A DNA stretch of 64,000 bases from Eledone cirrhosa (lineage: Eukaryota), in contig OZ024748.1 of NCBI GenBank assembly GCA_964016885.1, positions 47,430,001-47,494,000 of the forward strand, written 5' to 3'. Within the stretch, counting starts at the first letter, position 1; each line of letters begins with the position of its first letter. Position numbers and translations under genes: made by a program. A model generated the notes under the pieces. It saw only the letters and a list, made by a program, of their open reading frames with translations. It did not search any database and was not told the origin of the DNA. Positions 28,450 through 42,511 of this stretch are shown here, one piece after another.

Positions 28450-29801
28450 TTATAGGTTTCCATAGAAACCCTTATAAGTTTGAGGTATGGAGACGATTCT
28501 GCTTTCACGAAAGTTTTGCCCTCCGTCTCCACCTTGGGGTTTGGGGAGATGACCTCCATCAAACTCTTGTTGTTTGTGTTTTTGTTGTGTTGTTTTAGTT
28601 TGTTGTTCGTCCAGGAGTTTTCTTTTTATGGTGGGTGCTTGTGTTTGGGGTGGTGTTGGTGTTGGTTTTGCTGGTAGGGGGATGTTTGACTGTGGTGTTG
28701 TTTGTGTTGTTGTTTGTGTCTCTGGTTGTGTGTTGGTGTTGGTGATTGGAGTTTTGGGGGTTTTGTGGTGTCTCTTTTGTTTTTTATATTTCCGCCGCTC
28801 TACCTCTTCTTCACTTAAAGAAGGAGAAGCAGCCTCACCCGTCGATGAATAATCATCGACAGGAGTGTGAGGTAGGGGTATGCTGTGTGGTGGTGATGTT
28901 TCTGTGTGTGTGTTTGTGGTAGTGTTTGATGGAGTGGGATGGGGTGGGGCTGTGTTCTGAAGGGGTGTTGACTCTGTTTTTTTCTGTTGTTGTTGGTTGA
29001 GTGGCTGTTTGCTTTGGTGTGGTTGCTCGTTTCTTCTGTTGTTGTATTGTGGTGGTGGTGGTGGTTGTTTTTGGTATTGGTTTGGTAACAGTGTTTTTTT
29101 AATGATGTTGTTGTGGTGTGTTTGTGAAGTACAGGAGGCTTTTAGGTGGGCTGCGCTACCACAGCGAAAGCAATGAAATTTACACCCTTCTACCGAAATG
29201 TTTATTTTGTTGTTGTCATCGATGGCGACTTTTTCGGGTATTTTGGTGATTCTCTCCAGCCTCATTTGCATCAGAATCTCCGAATCAGTATCCGCCCACC
29301 TTTGTCGAATAGACTTTCGTATCGAAAGAGTCATATCAGTATCTGGCTCTACGAAGCCAGCCAAGATCCACCAAATGTTAATGTTTTTTTTTTTTTTTTT
29401 TTTTTTTTTTGTGTCCTTTTTCCCATGTATTTAGCGTCACAGAATATTTTTGGTGTCACAGAATGTTTTGGGGCGAGTGCCTCGCTTTTAAACAGTACGG
29501 AAACACTTCCGTACCGTTTTCCTCGTTGGAGAAAGTCAACATTTGCTAGAATTTCCTTCAAGTTGGCTTCTATATCTCCTTGACTAACAAATATCGGCTT
29601 TCTCGTTGTATTGGATACAGTCCTGAAGGTCAATGTCCTTCGAACTGTGTCTTCTTTTATTTCGAGGGGTGAGTTAATTCTAAACCCACCCTTGTCTTCG
29701 AAAGTTAGAAATGTTCTCCCTTGCTGGAGCATATCTCTTGCATTGGAGATGTCAAGATTTATAAAATTTTGTGTTTTGTTCACTGTTTCAGCGAAAGACA
29801 T
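28450..29801 (-). pseudogene. LINE ORF1 (gag-like, CCHC zinc knuckle), frameshifted at a poly-T run
   Basis: ORFs 29349-29801 and 28450-29364; CX2CX4HX4C motif. Confidence 0.7.
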
Positions 29802-30371
29802 TTTTTTTTTGTGGTGTTGCTGTTGTTGTTGTTGTTGTTGTTGTTAACCTCGGTGTTGGAAATCTCAATTCCTTGACGAGATGAAACTTTATGTGTAGAT
29901 GTATCTGTGGAGTTGTTGATGTTGTCTTTTTCATGTGTATGTATATTAATAGGTTTAATTCCTGTATGCTGTGTGTTATTTTTCTCCGCTTCGACGGTAG
30001 AAATTTTAAAATCTTCAAGTGGTATTTTTTTCTCTTTGTTGACAGTCGTATGTATCCATAGCGATGTCCATAGTAGCAGAAGCAGATATAACGTTGATAT
30101 CTGCCTCTTTCCCTCTCTTCTCTCTCTCGACGTTCTCTAGCGTTCTTTTCGTATTATTCATGTTTTATAGTTGGCAAAATTTGATAAAACAATTTTTAAA
30201 TTAAATTTTCGCCCCTAAAAGGGCGAAAAATGGGGTTACCACGCAGCTGACAATTCAGCTTGGGGGTTAATCTACAAAATGATATGTTTTTTCAAACAAA
30301 TTGTTCTGTTTTTCGTATATAAATTTACAAAAAATCTTACCGGTGATGTTCCACGCGTCAGGCAGATAAAG

Positions 30372-30477
<106 letters not shown>

Positions 30478-30481
30478 CTAG

Positions 30482-31149
30482 CTTTTTATTTGCCACCAGG
30501 GCATCAAAAGTGGGACAAGTACAAAGGGGGGAGTTTACATGCAAAGGCGTCCTCAATATGGAGGAGGCAATAACAAGATATAAAAGTATAAAAATAAAAT
30601 AAAATATAACAAAATAAATTTTATAACAAAATCCTCAATAGGGAGGAGGCGCCTTGGGGGGTTGCACATACCCCCGAAAAAAGGTGTGCAACCCTTCTCC
30701 TCAGGAGCACAGAGAGGGCGTGCTCCCTTGGTCTTTCATCTTCCTCACCTATAGTCTGATGTAGAGTGAAGGCCCATTCACACGGGCCATTCTCGCCACT
30801 TTCACCCATCTTTCATAAAAACGGCTTGGGTGCAGCACCTCTCTCTCCATCCTGATCCTTCTTCCGCAATGATATCGGAAGAAATGGACCAGTTGTTGGC
30901 CAGAGAGAAAGGTGTCTGACCGCAGTCCTTTCAGACGCGTCCACCATACAACCTCTTTCGCCATGGCTATTACGCACAGAAACACCGCCTCTCCTTCGTT
31001 TTTGAAGAGGGGAGGCGGCTTGATCGTTACAATAGACTCGGTGGTCAACCGGATCGGTCCCACCCTTGACAGCAGTTGTTCGACATAGCCCCACAGATCG
31101 GCAATGCCCGAGCAGTGTACCAATGCGTGTGCAACGGTTTCCTCGTTGC
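30482..31149 (-). mobile_element. 5'-truncated L1/Tx1-like copy flanked on both sides by (GATA)n
   Basis: Protein similar to 26647-27050 (LWGYVEQLLSRVG..KEVVWWTRLKG); 3' end CCCTGGTGGCAAATAAA. Confidence 0.85.
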
Positions 31150-31235
<86 letters not shown>

Positions 31236-32199
31236 AGAAAGAGGAGGTAAACTGACAGCGAGAGACTGACAATTAGAAAGACAGACAGATTATATAGTTA
31301 AATAGATAGATAGATAGATGCATCGGACTTGTACCTAATCAAAATAAAAAAATCGATATTTCTCTGATTAAAACCATATTTCTGGTAATCTTCATCATCT
31401 TGTTTCATTCCTGTTGTCGTTGCTGTTGTTGTTGCTGTTGTTGTTGCTGTTGCCTTTGTTGTTATTCCTGCTGTTCATGGTGGTGGTGGTGGTGGTGGTG
31501 TCATTATTCTTTTGTTCTTGTGGCTATTGTTATTGTGATGGTGACTGTGGTGGTGGTGGGGGGGGAGGGGTGTTGCTGTTGGTAATGATGACGATGATGA
31601 TAGTAATGGTGGTTATTTTGGTAGGGGTTAGTGATGTCCTTCCTGTTTTTGTTGCTGTTGTGTTTGTTGTTGTTGTTGTTGCTGGTTCTTGGCATAGTTG
31701 TTGTTGGTATTGTTGTTGTTGCTGCTGGTTGGTGCTCGGCATGCTGCAGGTTTTCTTGTTGCTGTTGTTGTTGTTGTTGTTTTGTTAATGTCCTTGATGC
31801 TTTTAATGCTCGTCAAATAATTGTTGTTGCTGTTGTTGTTATTTCTGTTGCTGCTGCTATTGCTGGAGCTGATGGTGTTGTTGTTGTCACTGCTGATGCT
31901 GCTGTTGTTGGTGGTGGTGCTGTTGTTGTTGTTGGTGGTGGTGGTGCTGTTGTTGTTGCTGCTGATGCTGCTGTTGGTGGTGGTGGTGGTGCTGTTGCTG
32001 GTGGTGGTGGTGATGCTGCTGCTGCTGTTGTTGCTGCTGCTATTGCTGGAGCTGATGGTGTTGTTGTTGTTACTGCTAATGCTGCTGTTGTTGGTGGTGG
32101 TGCTGTTGTTGTTGTTGTCGGTGGTGGTGCTGCTGTTGTTGTTGGTGGTGTTGCTGTTGTTGTTGCTGCTGATGCTGCTGTTGCTGGTGGTGGTGGTGA

Positions 32200-32264
<65 letters not shown>

Positions 32265-32396
32265 TCTATGTATGTTGTAAGGTAAGTTGTCACTCAACCG
32301 ACAGATTCATTTGATAAAAGACATTTTATTAATGACTGGCAATGGCAAATCTGTTTTATGAAATGGCTAACTATAATTACTAATAATAATAATAAC

Positions 32397-32449
<53 letters not shown>

Positions 32450-32454
32450 TAATG

Positions 32455-33452
32455 TTTTCTTTATAACCACAAGGGTTTACATAAAGTAGACATTAAGGAC
32501 AGTACAGGACAATACAGGACGGTACAAATGGGCATTTCTGCGTGTAAAAAAAACGGAGGTTGAAATAAAATAACAAAGAAAAATTCCCCAATATGGGGGG
32601 AGACTTCTGAGGGACATTTGTGGAGAAAGCCCATTAAAAGACCACAGTGGCCCTGACCACCAGGGCAAGTGCCCTCTCCCAGTTTTCCACCTTTAATTTA
32701 CAGACACATACTCAGAGAAGGCCCATTCATTCGGGCCATACTTGCTTCTCTCACCCATCTTTCAACAAAATGCTGGGAAGAGAGCACTTCCCTCTCTACC
32801 CTGATTTTCCTTTTCAAATGAAATTGGAAAAAGTTAATCAGGGCATCACCGAAGAGGTAAGTGCTCGTCTTCAGCCCTTTCAAACGTGTCCACCATACTA
32901 TCTCTTTCGCCATGGCCACCAGACAGATAAAAACTGCCTGCCCTTCCCGGCTAAAGGAAGGGGGCGGGACAATCCTCACGATGGACTCAGCTGATAGCTG
33001 GATCCGTCCTACACGTGACAGCAGGTGTTCGACATAAACCCACAAGTCAGCAATGCTCGGACACTGGACGAGTGCGTGCAGGACGGTTTCGTCGCCCTGC
33101 GCGCATCTCGGACATGCCCGGCTGACGGCACCTCGATGCCTGTAGAGTTTATCCCGAACTGGCAAAGCTCCTCGGTAGCACTGCCAGGCCAGGGATTTCT
33201 GGAAGTTGTCCATAGGCCCCGGCCCGAAAGTCCTTCCGAAGAGATTGGCTAGTTGATTTTCGGTCTTCGCTTGACCCAGGACTGCAGCTCCGTCAAGGAG
33301 ACGAGCTGGGGAAAAACGTGTCTCGCAAACGGCGACCACACCTGATCACCGTCGAGGAAGAGGTGGAGATGTCGTAGCCTGAGCGCGTGTCTGCGCATCA
33401 TCAGCCACGGCATGCCCAGCCCTCCACGTAGCGGGTGTTGACAGCAGATGGA
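32455..33452 (-). mobile_element. 5'-truncated L1/Tx1-like copy flanked by (AAT/AAC)n
   Basis: ORF 32698-33339 (GALPVRDKL..CPRC..ETVLHALVQC); 3' end CCCTTGTGGTTATAAA. Confidence 0.85.
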
Positions 33453-33485
33453 ATAATAACAACAACAACTATAATAATAATAATA

Positions 33486-33730
33486 ATTGTTTCTACTTTA
33501 GGCACAAGGCCAGCAAATACCCAGTGCATTACTGGTACTTTATTTTATCGACCTCGTAAGGATGAAAGGCAAAGTTAACCTCGGCGGGATTTGAACTCAG
33601 ATCGTAAAGGGACGTAACTATGCTGGAAAGCATGGCGTCCGACCCTCTACCTATACTGCCAATACACAGCACCAATAATAATAATTGTTTCTACGTTAGG
33701 CACAAGGCCAGCAATTAGCCAGTGCATTAT
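33486..33730 (-). mobile_element. SINE (33486-33665) plus a duplicated 3' fragment (33680-33730)
   Basis: Reverse complement of the 16623 family. Confidence 0.85.
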
Positions 33731-33784
33731 TTCTAATAATAATAAATATTGTGAATGATAACAGTTATATTAATTATTATTAGT

Positions 33785-35640
33785 TTGATGATGACGATGA
33801 CGATGGTAGTGGTGATGGTGGTGGGGATGGAGATGATGATGACGATGGTAGTGGTGATGGTGGTGGGGATGGAGATGACGATGACGATGGTAGTGGTGAT
33901 GGTGGTGGGGATGGAGATGATGATGATGATGGTGGTGGTGGGAGTGATGGTGGTGGGGATGGAGATGACGATGATTGTGGTGGTGGGAGTGATGGTGGGA
34001 GTGTTGTTGGTGATGACGACGATCACGTCGATGATGATGATTATGACAATGTTGATGATGACGATGATGGGTATGACGGCGATGATGATGATTATGATGA
34101 TGATGACTATGATGATGATGACTATGATGATGATGACTATGATGATGATGATGACTATGATGATGATGACTATGGTGATGATGACTATGGTGATGATGAT
34201 GACTATGATGATGATGACTATGGTGATGATGACTATGGTGATGATGACTATGATGATGATGATGACTATGGTGATGATGACTATGATGATGATGACTATG
34301 GTGATGATGACTATGATGATGATGACTATGATGATGATGACTATGATTAAGATGACTATGATGATGATGACTATGGTGATGATGACTATGGTGATGATGA
34401 TGACTATGGTGATGATGACTATGATGATGATGATGACTATGATGATGATGACTATGATGATGATGATGACTATGGTGATGATGACTATGATGATGATGAT
34501 GACTATGATGATGATGACTATGATGATGATGATGACTATGGTGATGATGACTATGATGATGATGATGACTATGATGATGATGACTATGATGATGATGATG
34601 ACTATGGTGATGATGACTATGATGATGATGATGACTATGATGATGATGACTATGATGATGATGATGACTATGATGATAATGACTATGATGATGATGATGA
34701 TGATGACTATGATGATGATGACTATGATGATGATGACTATGGTGATGATGACTATGATGATGACTATGATGATGATGACTATGATGATGATGACTATGGT
34801 GATGATGATGACTATGATGATGATGACTATGATGATGACTATGATGATGATGACTATGATGATGATGACTATGATGATGATGACTATGGTGATGATGACT
34901 ATGATGATGATGACTATGGTGATGATGACTATGATGATGATGACTATGATGATGATGACTATGGTGATGATGACTATGATGATGATGACTATGGTGATGA
35001 TGACTATTGTGATGATGACTATGATGATGATGACTATGATGGTGATGATTACTATGATTACGATGACTATGATGATGATGATGACTATGATGATGACTAT
35101 GATGATGATGACTATGGTGATGATGACTATGATGATGATGATGACTATGATGATGATGACTATGATGATGATGATGACTATTATGATGATGACTATGATG
35201 ATGATGATGATGACTATGATTATGATTAAGATGACTATGATGATGATGACTATGATGATGACAATGATGATGATGACTATGATGATGATGACTATGATGA
35301 TGATGACTATGATGATGATGACTATGATGATGATGATGATGACTATGATTACGATGACTATGATGATGATGATGACTATGATGATGATGATGATGACTAT
35401 GATTACGATGACTATGACGATGATCACTATGGTGATGATGATGACTATGATGATGATGACTATGATTACGATGACTATGATGACTATGATGATGATGATG
35501 ACTATAATTACGATGACTTGAAGACGACGGCGATTATGAAGACCACGATGATGATGTTGATGATGATGATGACAATGACTATTATTATTAACGATGAGGA
35601 CGATGACGATGACGACGACCACGCCGATGATGATGATGAT
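33785..35640. repeat. (GAT)n/GACTAT compound microsatellite, ~1.85 kb
   Basis: Direct inspection. Confidence 0.95.
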
Positions 35641-35978
35641 ATCTTACATTATAAAAGTAATCACAAGACCTTGTCTCTCTCATTCTTTCTATTTTAACCA
35701 GAGTTGGGCTGTTTTTTTAATCTGACAAGGCTTGTCATTTTAATTCTCTCATCAGGTGGAACATATTTACACCTGCCCACCCACCTACCTACCTACCTAC
35801 CTACCTGGCACTTCGTCTCCCAGTCCTGATTACCTAACACCTTAGATTGCCTTAACCATCATCATCATCATCACTATCGCAACACCAACAACAACACAAC
35901 TACCACCAGCATAAACCATCGCCACCATCACAACATTCACCCTAACACCGCTTCAACCACTATCAATCTATATGTGAC

Positions 35979-36127
<149 letters not shown>

Positions 36128-36284
36128 TAGAAAGAGAGAGAGAGTGTGGGTGAGTGTGTATATGTACATTCAGGTATATATGCATATACACATGTGTGCG
36201 TGTGTGTATCTGCGTATATATATATATATATATATATATGTTTGTGTGTGTGTGAGTGTGTGTATATATATGTGTGTGGGGGTG

Positions 36285-36429
36285 TATTTAATATAGAAAT
36301 GGCTTCTACAGGACTAGAACTGTTTCATTCGGAAGAGATTATCAGGAAGCACATTTATACTCTGCTATGTATTGAGGTATTGAGTACCTTATGTACTGTG
36401 GCTACCCCCGATTGAACCCGGGATACACT

Positions 36430-36430
<1 letters not shown>
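36285..36430. mobile_element. Relic of the 23203 family with an internal inversion
   Basis: Hammerhead segment on the minus strand joined to the tail TATACTCTGCTATGTATTGAG...CCGATTGAACCCGG on the plus strand. Confidence 0.7.
36302..36350 (-). ncRNA. Degenerate type I hammerhead, same family as 23792
   Basis: GCTTC-CTGATAA-...-GAAA-CAGTTCTAGTCCTG-TA-GAAGC. Stem I covaries (GCTTC/GAAGC vs GATTC/GAATC); one core G is changed to A. Confidence 0.65.
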
Positions 36431-36483
<53 letters not shown>

Positions 36484-36559
36484 TATATATGGAAATATAC
36501 ATACACTTATGGAAATATGTATATAGTATGTGTATAAACTGGCGAACCTCTATATACAT

Positions 36560-36752
36560 AATTGTTTCTACTTTAGGCACAAGGCCAGCAATTACCCAGT
36601 GCATTACTGGTACTTTATTTTATCGACCCCATAAGGATGAAAGGCAAAGTCAACCTCGGCGGGATTTGAACTCAGATCGTAAAGGGACGTAACTCTCTGC
36701 TGGAAAGCATGCATGGCGTCCAACCCTCTACCGATACTGCCAATCCACCGCC
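36560..36752 (-). mobile_element. SINE, near full length
   Basis: Reverse complement of the 16623 family. Confidence 0.85.
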
Positions 36753-36856
36753 ATTTTATATATAATAAAAGCTACTATGACAAGAACAACATTATTCTTC
36801 TCATCTATTTGTAGCCTCATAATTACATCTGAGTTACATGTCACCTCCACCACCAC

Positions 36857-36894
<38 letters not shown>

Positions 36895-37014
36895 CAGTAG
36901 TCTTTGTCATCATCATCATCATGGCTATTATCATCATCAACATCATCATCATCATATCAACATTTTACTTTACGAGTAAACAATAACGAAAGATAGATAG
37001 ATAGAAATACAGAC

Positions 37015-37087
<73 letters not shown>

Positions 37088-37257
37088 AACAGATTGGTAT
37101 ATATATATATACATATACACATAAACATATATATATAGAGATAGATATATATATACATATACACATAAACAGATTGGTATATATATATATATATACATAT
37201 ACATATACACATAAACATATATATATATATATATAGATATATATACATATACACATA

Positions 37258-37305
<48 letters not shown>

Positions 37306-37314
37306 CACATAAAC

Positions 37315-37369
<55 letters not shown>

Positions 37370-37434
37370 AACAGATATGTATATATATATATATATATCT
37401 ATTTATATACATACACACATACACACACATATAC

Positions 37435-37482
<48 letters not shown>

Positions 37483-37945
37483 TATATACACATATATATA
37501 TATTTATATACATATACACATTTATATGTAAACATATGTAAACTTAAACACACATACTCACATAAACACGCACACAGATATATATATATAAGTATATATA
37601 CACATATATATATATATATGTCTGTATATATACAGAAAGAGAGCGAGGACTAGAGAGAAAGAGAAGGAGAAAGAGAGAGAAAGTACGTGTATGACAGTTT
37701 ATGTTGTCCGTGGACGTGTACATCACAGTCTTCAATAATAGCTGCCATCTTTATGTTAGTCAATTCTGACATAAATTCTTTTATATTCCTCCATGATTTA
37801 CCATTTTATAAGTACCGATTAACAAAACATTGCATTCCTAACAATAGATTTCGCCTGTCAAATTCCTGTGTAACTTGTACAGGCGAGGTGTAAGACTATC
37901 TGTTGTGGTTGTGTACGATGTTTGAGGTATTTATTGACACGTACG

Positions 37946-39715
37946 TGGGTAGGTAGGTAGGTGGGTAGGTAGGTAGGTAGGTAGGTAGGTAGGTAGGTAG
38001 GTAGGTAGGTAGGTAGGTAGGTAGGTAGGTAGGTGGGTAGGTAGTAGGTAGGTAGGTAGGTAGGTAGGTAGGTAGGTAGGTAGGTAGGTAGGTAGGTAGG
38101 TAGGTAGGTAGGTAGGTAGGTGGGTTGGTGGGTAGGTAGGTGGGTAGGTAGGTAGGTAGGTAGGTAGGTAGGTAGGTAGGTAGGTAGGTAGGTAAGTAGG
38201 TAGGTAGGTGGGTAGGTAGGTAGGTAGGTAGGTGGGTAGGTAGGTAGGTAGGTAGGTAGGTAGGTAGGTAGGTAGGTAGGTAGGTAGGTAGGTAGGTAGG
38301 TAGGTAGGTGGATAGGTAGGTGGGTAGGTGGGTAGGTGGGTAGGTGGGTAGGTAAGTAGGTAGGTAGGTAGGTAGGTAGGTAGGTAGGTAGGTAGGGAGG
38401 TAGGTAGGTAGGTAGGTAGGTAGGTAGGTAGGTATGTAGGTAGGTAGGTAGGTATGTAGGTAGGTAGGTAGGTAGGTAGGTAGGTAGGTAGGTAGGGAGG
38501 TAGGTAGGTAGGTAGGTATGTAGGTAGGTAGGTAGGTAGGTAGGTAGGTAGGTAGGTAGGTAGGGAGGTAGGTAGGTAGGTAGGTATGTAGGTAGGTAGG
38601 TAGGTAGGTAGGTAGGTAGGTAGGTAGGTAGGTAGGTAGATAGGTAGGTAGGTAGGTAGGTAGGTAGGTAGGTAGGGAGGTAGGTAGGGAGGTAGGTAGG
38701 TAGGTATGTAGGTAGGTAGGTAGGTGGGTAGTGGGTAGGTAGGTAGGTAGGTAGGTAGGTAGGTAGGTAGGTAGGTAGGGAGGGAGGTAGGTAGGGAGGT
38801 AGGTAGGTAGGTATGTAGGTAGGTAGGTAGGTGGGTAGTGGGTAGGTAGGTAGGTAGGTAGGTAGGTAGGTAGGTAGGTAGGTAGGTATGTAGGTAGGTA
38901 GGTAGGTAGGTAGGTAGGTAGGTATGTAGGTAGGTAGGTAGGTAGGTAGGTAGGTAGGTATGTAGGTAGGTAGGTAGGTAGGTAGGTAGGTAGGTATGTA
39001 GGTAGGTAGGTAGGTAGGTAGGTAGGTAGGTAGGTAGGTAGGTAGGTAGGTATGTAGGTAGGTAGGTAGGTAGGTATGTAGGTAGGTAGGTAGGTAGGTA
39101 TGTAGGTGGGTAGGTAGGTAGGTAGGTAGGTATGTAGGTAGGTAGGGAGGTAGGTAGGTAGGTAGGTATGTAGGTAGGTAGGTAGGTAGGTAGGTAGGTA
39201 GGTAGGTAGGTAGGTAGGTAGGTAGGTAGGTAGGTGGGTAGTGGGTAGGTAGGTAGGTAGGTAGGTAGGTAGGTAGGTAGGTAGGTAGGTAGGTAGGTAG
39301 GTAGGTAGGTAGGTAGGTAGGTAGGTAGGTAGGTAGGTAGGTAGGTGGGTAGGAAGTGAGGTAGGTAGGTGGGTAGGAAGGGAGGTAGGTAGGTGGGTAG
39401 GAAGGTAGGTAGGTAGGTAGGTAGGTAGGTAGGTAGGTAGGTAGGTAGGTAGGTAGGTAGTAGGTAGGTAGGTAGGTAGGTAGGTAGGTAGGTAGGTAGG
39501 TAGGTAGGTAGGTAGGTAGGTAGGTAGGTAGGTAGGTAGGTGGGTAGGAAGTGAGGTAGGTAGGTGGGTAGGAAGGGAGGTAGGTAGGTGGGTAGGAAGG
39601 TAGGTAGGTAGGTAGGTAGGTAGGTAGGAAGGAAGGGAGGTAGGTAGGTGGGTAGGAATGTAGGTAGGTAGTACGTAGGTACGTAGGTAGTACGTACGTA
39701 CGTACGTAGGTAGGT
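37946..39715. repeat. (GGTA)n tetranucleotide array, ~1.77 kb
   Basis: Direct inspection. Confidence 0.97.
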
Positions 39716-39819
39716 GTGCATGTATGTATATATATATACATACCACTGTACGTCTATATACATATATGTATGTATACATATATGTATACATATATGTGTG
39801 TACGTGTACATACTTATAT

Positions 39820-40145
39820 TAAAGTAACAGCCGTACTAAGAGTGGGAAATGAAATTTCGTTTCATTTTTTCCGTTTATCGTTTTCGGTGCACCCGGCCGA
39901 TTAACCCACTCGATATGCAAATTGGGCTTCTCAGCTGTTAATATGCATAAGGTAAGTATATATGTTCAACAATCTGGCAGGAAGGTATACGTTGCTGACG
40001 ATAGCTAATAAGATTGAAACTAGTACAGCGTTCCTTTGTCAGTGTTGAACAAACGAGCAACGATGGTTGCTGGAAACTACGGCTTAATACGGGATGTTTG
40101 TTTACAAACACACCGAGCATTATAATAAATGTTCGGTGAATCCAT
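39820..40145 (+). mobile_element. Hammerhead-bearing short element (PLE pLTR or retrozyme-like)
   Basis: Homologous to 40835-41125 on the minus strand; contains a hammerhead; flanked by simple repeats. Confidence 0.65.
39989..40031 (+). ncRNA. Minimal type I hammerhead ribozyme
   Basis: ACGTTG-CTGACGA-TAGCTAATAAGATT-GAAA-CTAG-TA-CAGCGT, with palindromic ACTAGT as stem III. Confidence 0.75.
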
Positions 40146-40241
40146 ACGTACATATATATATGTGTGCATGTATGTATATATATATACATACTACTGTACG
40201 TCTCTATACATATATGTATGTACGTGTACATACTTATATAA

Positions 40242-40293
<52 letters not shown>

Positions 40294-40587
40294 ACCTTAA
40301 TAGTTTAAATAAATTTAAAGAGTTAAGGTATTTATATATGCACTTACAATCGTTTCTACCTGCATTGACTCACGTATAGAGAGTTATTTTGTTTAGTAAA
40401 TCAGGAATAGTACTCAAACAGGTGTCTTCAGAGTTTATGAAAATGCTTTGGTAGTCAACTCAAAATAATGGTTTCTTATATAGGCACAAGGCCAGCATGT
40501 CAACTTAAAATAATATTTAGAACAGATAAGACGTAAAATCACTCATTCAGTTATCATGGGTAAAAATTAAAAATCCCCAAAACAGCT

Positions 40588-40624
<37 letters not shown>

Positions 40625-40735
40625 AAATAAAATGAAAACGAAATTTCATTTCTCACTCTTAGTATGGCACTTACTTAAATGTAAGTATGCAAGTATACGT
40701 ACATACATATATGTATACAGACGTACATTAGCATG

Positions 40736-40804
<69 letters not shown>

Positions 40805-40829
40805 CACACACACATATGCATACAGGCAT

Positions 40830-41168
40830 ATATGCACGTATCAGTTTAGCGGACGCTTATTATAACGCCGCTTTGTTCGTTTGTAAACAAACTGGACAGC
40901 CTGAATTTATGCCATACGGTGTTAAGGCAACCACGTCACCTTTTTGTTCAACACTGACACAGGAACGATGTACTAGTTTCAAGCTTGTTAGCTATCATCA
41001 GCACCGTTTACCCATCTGCCAGATAGTTGAACGTTCGAAAGTATATACTTTCCTTATGAAAATTAACGGCTGAGCAGCCTAATTTGCATATTGAGTGAGT
41101 TAAATCGGTCAGGCATACCGAACAAAGCGGCGTTATAATAAGCGTCCGCTAAACTCATACGTGCATAT
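40830..41168 (-). mobile_element. Second copy of the 39820 family with ~50-bp terminal inverted duplication
   Basis: ATATGCACGTATCAGTTTAGCGGACGCTTATTATAACGCCGCTTTGTTCG is mirrored at 41119-41168. Confidence 0.65.
40964..41008 (-). ncRNA. Minimal type I hammerhead ribozyme
   Basis: AACGGTG-CTGATGA-tAGCT(AACA)AGCTt-GAAA-CTAG-TA-CATCGTT. Stem I covaries with the 39989 copy. Confidence 0.8.
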
Positions 41169-41197
41169 ATGTATGTGTACCTGTATGCATATGTGTG

Positions 41198-41265
<68 letters not shown>

Positions 41266-42511
41266 GAATAGGATGGCTGTGTAGTTATTAGTTAAGTTAG
41301 GCTTAAAAATGAAATGAGAATAAGAAGAAAGCAAGAACGGAGGGGGGGGGGGGTCCTCATCAGTTGTCTACTGGGGGTCTCGGATTTTTCAACGCTTTAA
41401 AGACAATATATCTACCCCCAGAGTGTTCAAAAACTGGGTAGGTTATTGTGAAAACGGAGGGGAGAGAGAAGGAAAATAGAAGGGAAAATGGAAAAATGGG
41501 CGAAAAGAGAAAACATCGAAAAGAAACAACAAACCGAGGAATGTGCAAACATTCCACAGACATGCGAACGCTTGATGTTACTTTTCAGGGTGATTAACCG
41601 TGTGGGACTATCTAATAGTGAGGATGATAGGCAAAACTAAACCCGGCGGGATTTGTCACCACTCTAATAATAATAATAACAATAACAATAACAATTATTA
41701 TTACTACTATTACTACTTTACAAAAGATTGCAATTCAGAACGAAAACGTATCCGAACACTGCATTATATGTTTGACTTGTATGTTGTAAATGATAACCAA
41801 GAATGTTGTAAATGATAACACAGTATATTGATACTCGTATATGTTGTATGACAAAGTTAGAAATTAGGAGATTTGGCTTAGAACAAAAAAATAACTTCCT
41901 CCAATTGCTACCTTGACGAGAAACAAAAGCAATATTATGTTAGATACAGATTACACAACCAATTACAAAAAGGGAGATTAGTGCTTTAGACTGAAAAACA
42001 AAACACACAAATTTACTAATGAAGGAAAAGATTTCAAAGTAATAATATAGCTGTATTAGATTAATACTAAAAGGAAAATAAAAATAAGTTAATAGATATC
42101 AATACACTAGCTGCTCTGATAATAATTTAGAATCATATTATTGTCAACTGGGAGTTAAGTGAATAAACGTGACAAGATAGAAGAACTAAGCAACTAGTAA
42201 TTGCATTTAGAATACATTTAGCAAAAGTATACATACACAGCGACATAGGATATATTATATTTACCATGTATGCAGGGAGATAGGGGCTTTCGGTATATAG
42301 ACATTTATTCAATAATATTTGCAGTAGGACTACAAAAATATTTATTAACGTTTAAAGTATCTGACTGTTATTTTTAGCAAATCGAGTAACAACGACAAGC
42401 AAAGGTTCAAACACGTTTTAGACAATTAAATCTTCAAGGAATCCATCGACCCTAAACAAATATAAAAAAGTAAATAAATCATTTAACTGAATATAATATA
42501 ATGAGACACTA

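Larger units (their letters stand above)
26413..30250 (-). mobile_element. Degenerate L1/Tx1-like LINE: ORF1 remnant joined to the RT C-terminal half of ORF2; endonuclease and N-terminal RT are missing
   Basis: ORF1 zinc knuckle CFRCGSAAHLKASC. ORF2 motifs GFGPVFRGWI, SIRQG, SAYTDDVT, NGGLG and the C-terminal ETVLHA. 3' end TTGTGGCTAATAAA. Confidence 0.85.

Noticed and set aside
37946-39715. Telomeric array
   Set aside because: The unit is GGTA, not TTAGGG or TTAGG, and it is interstitial.
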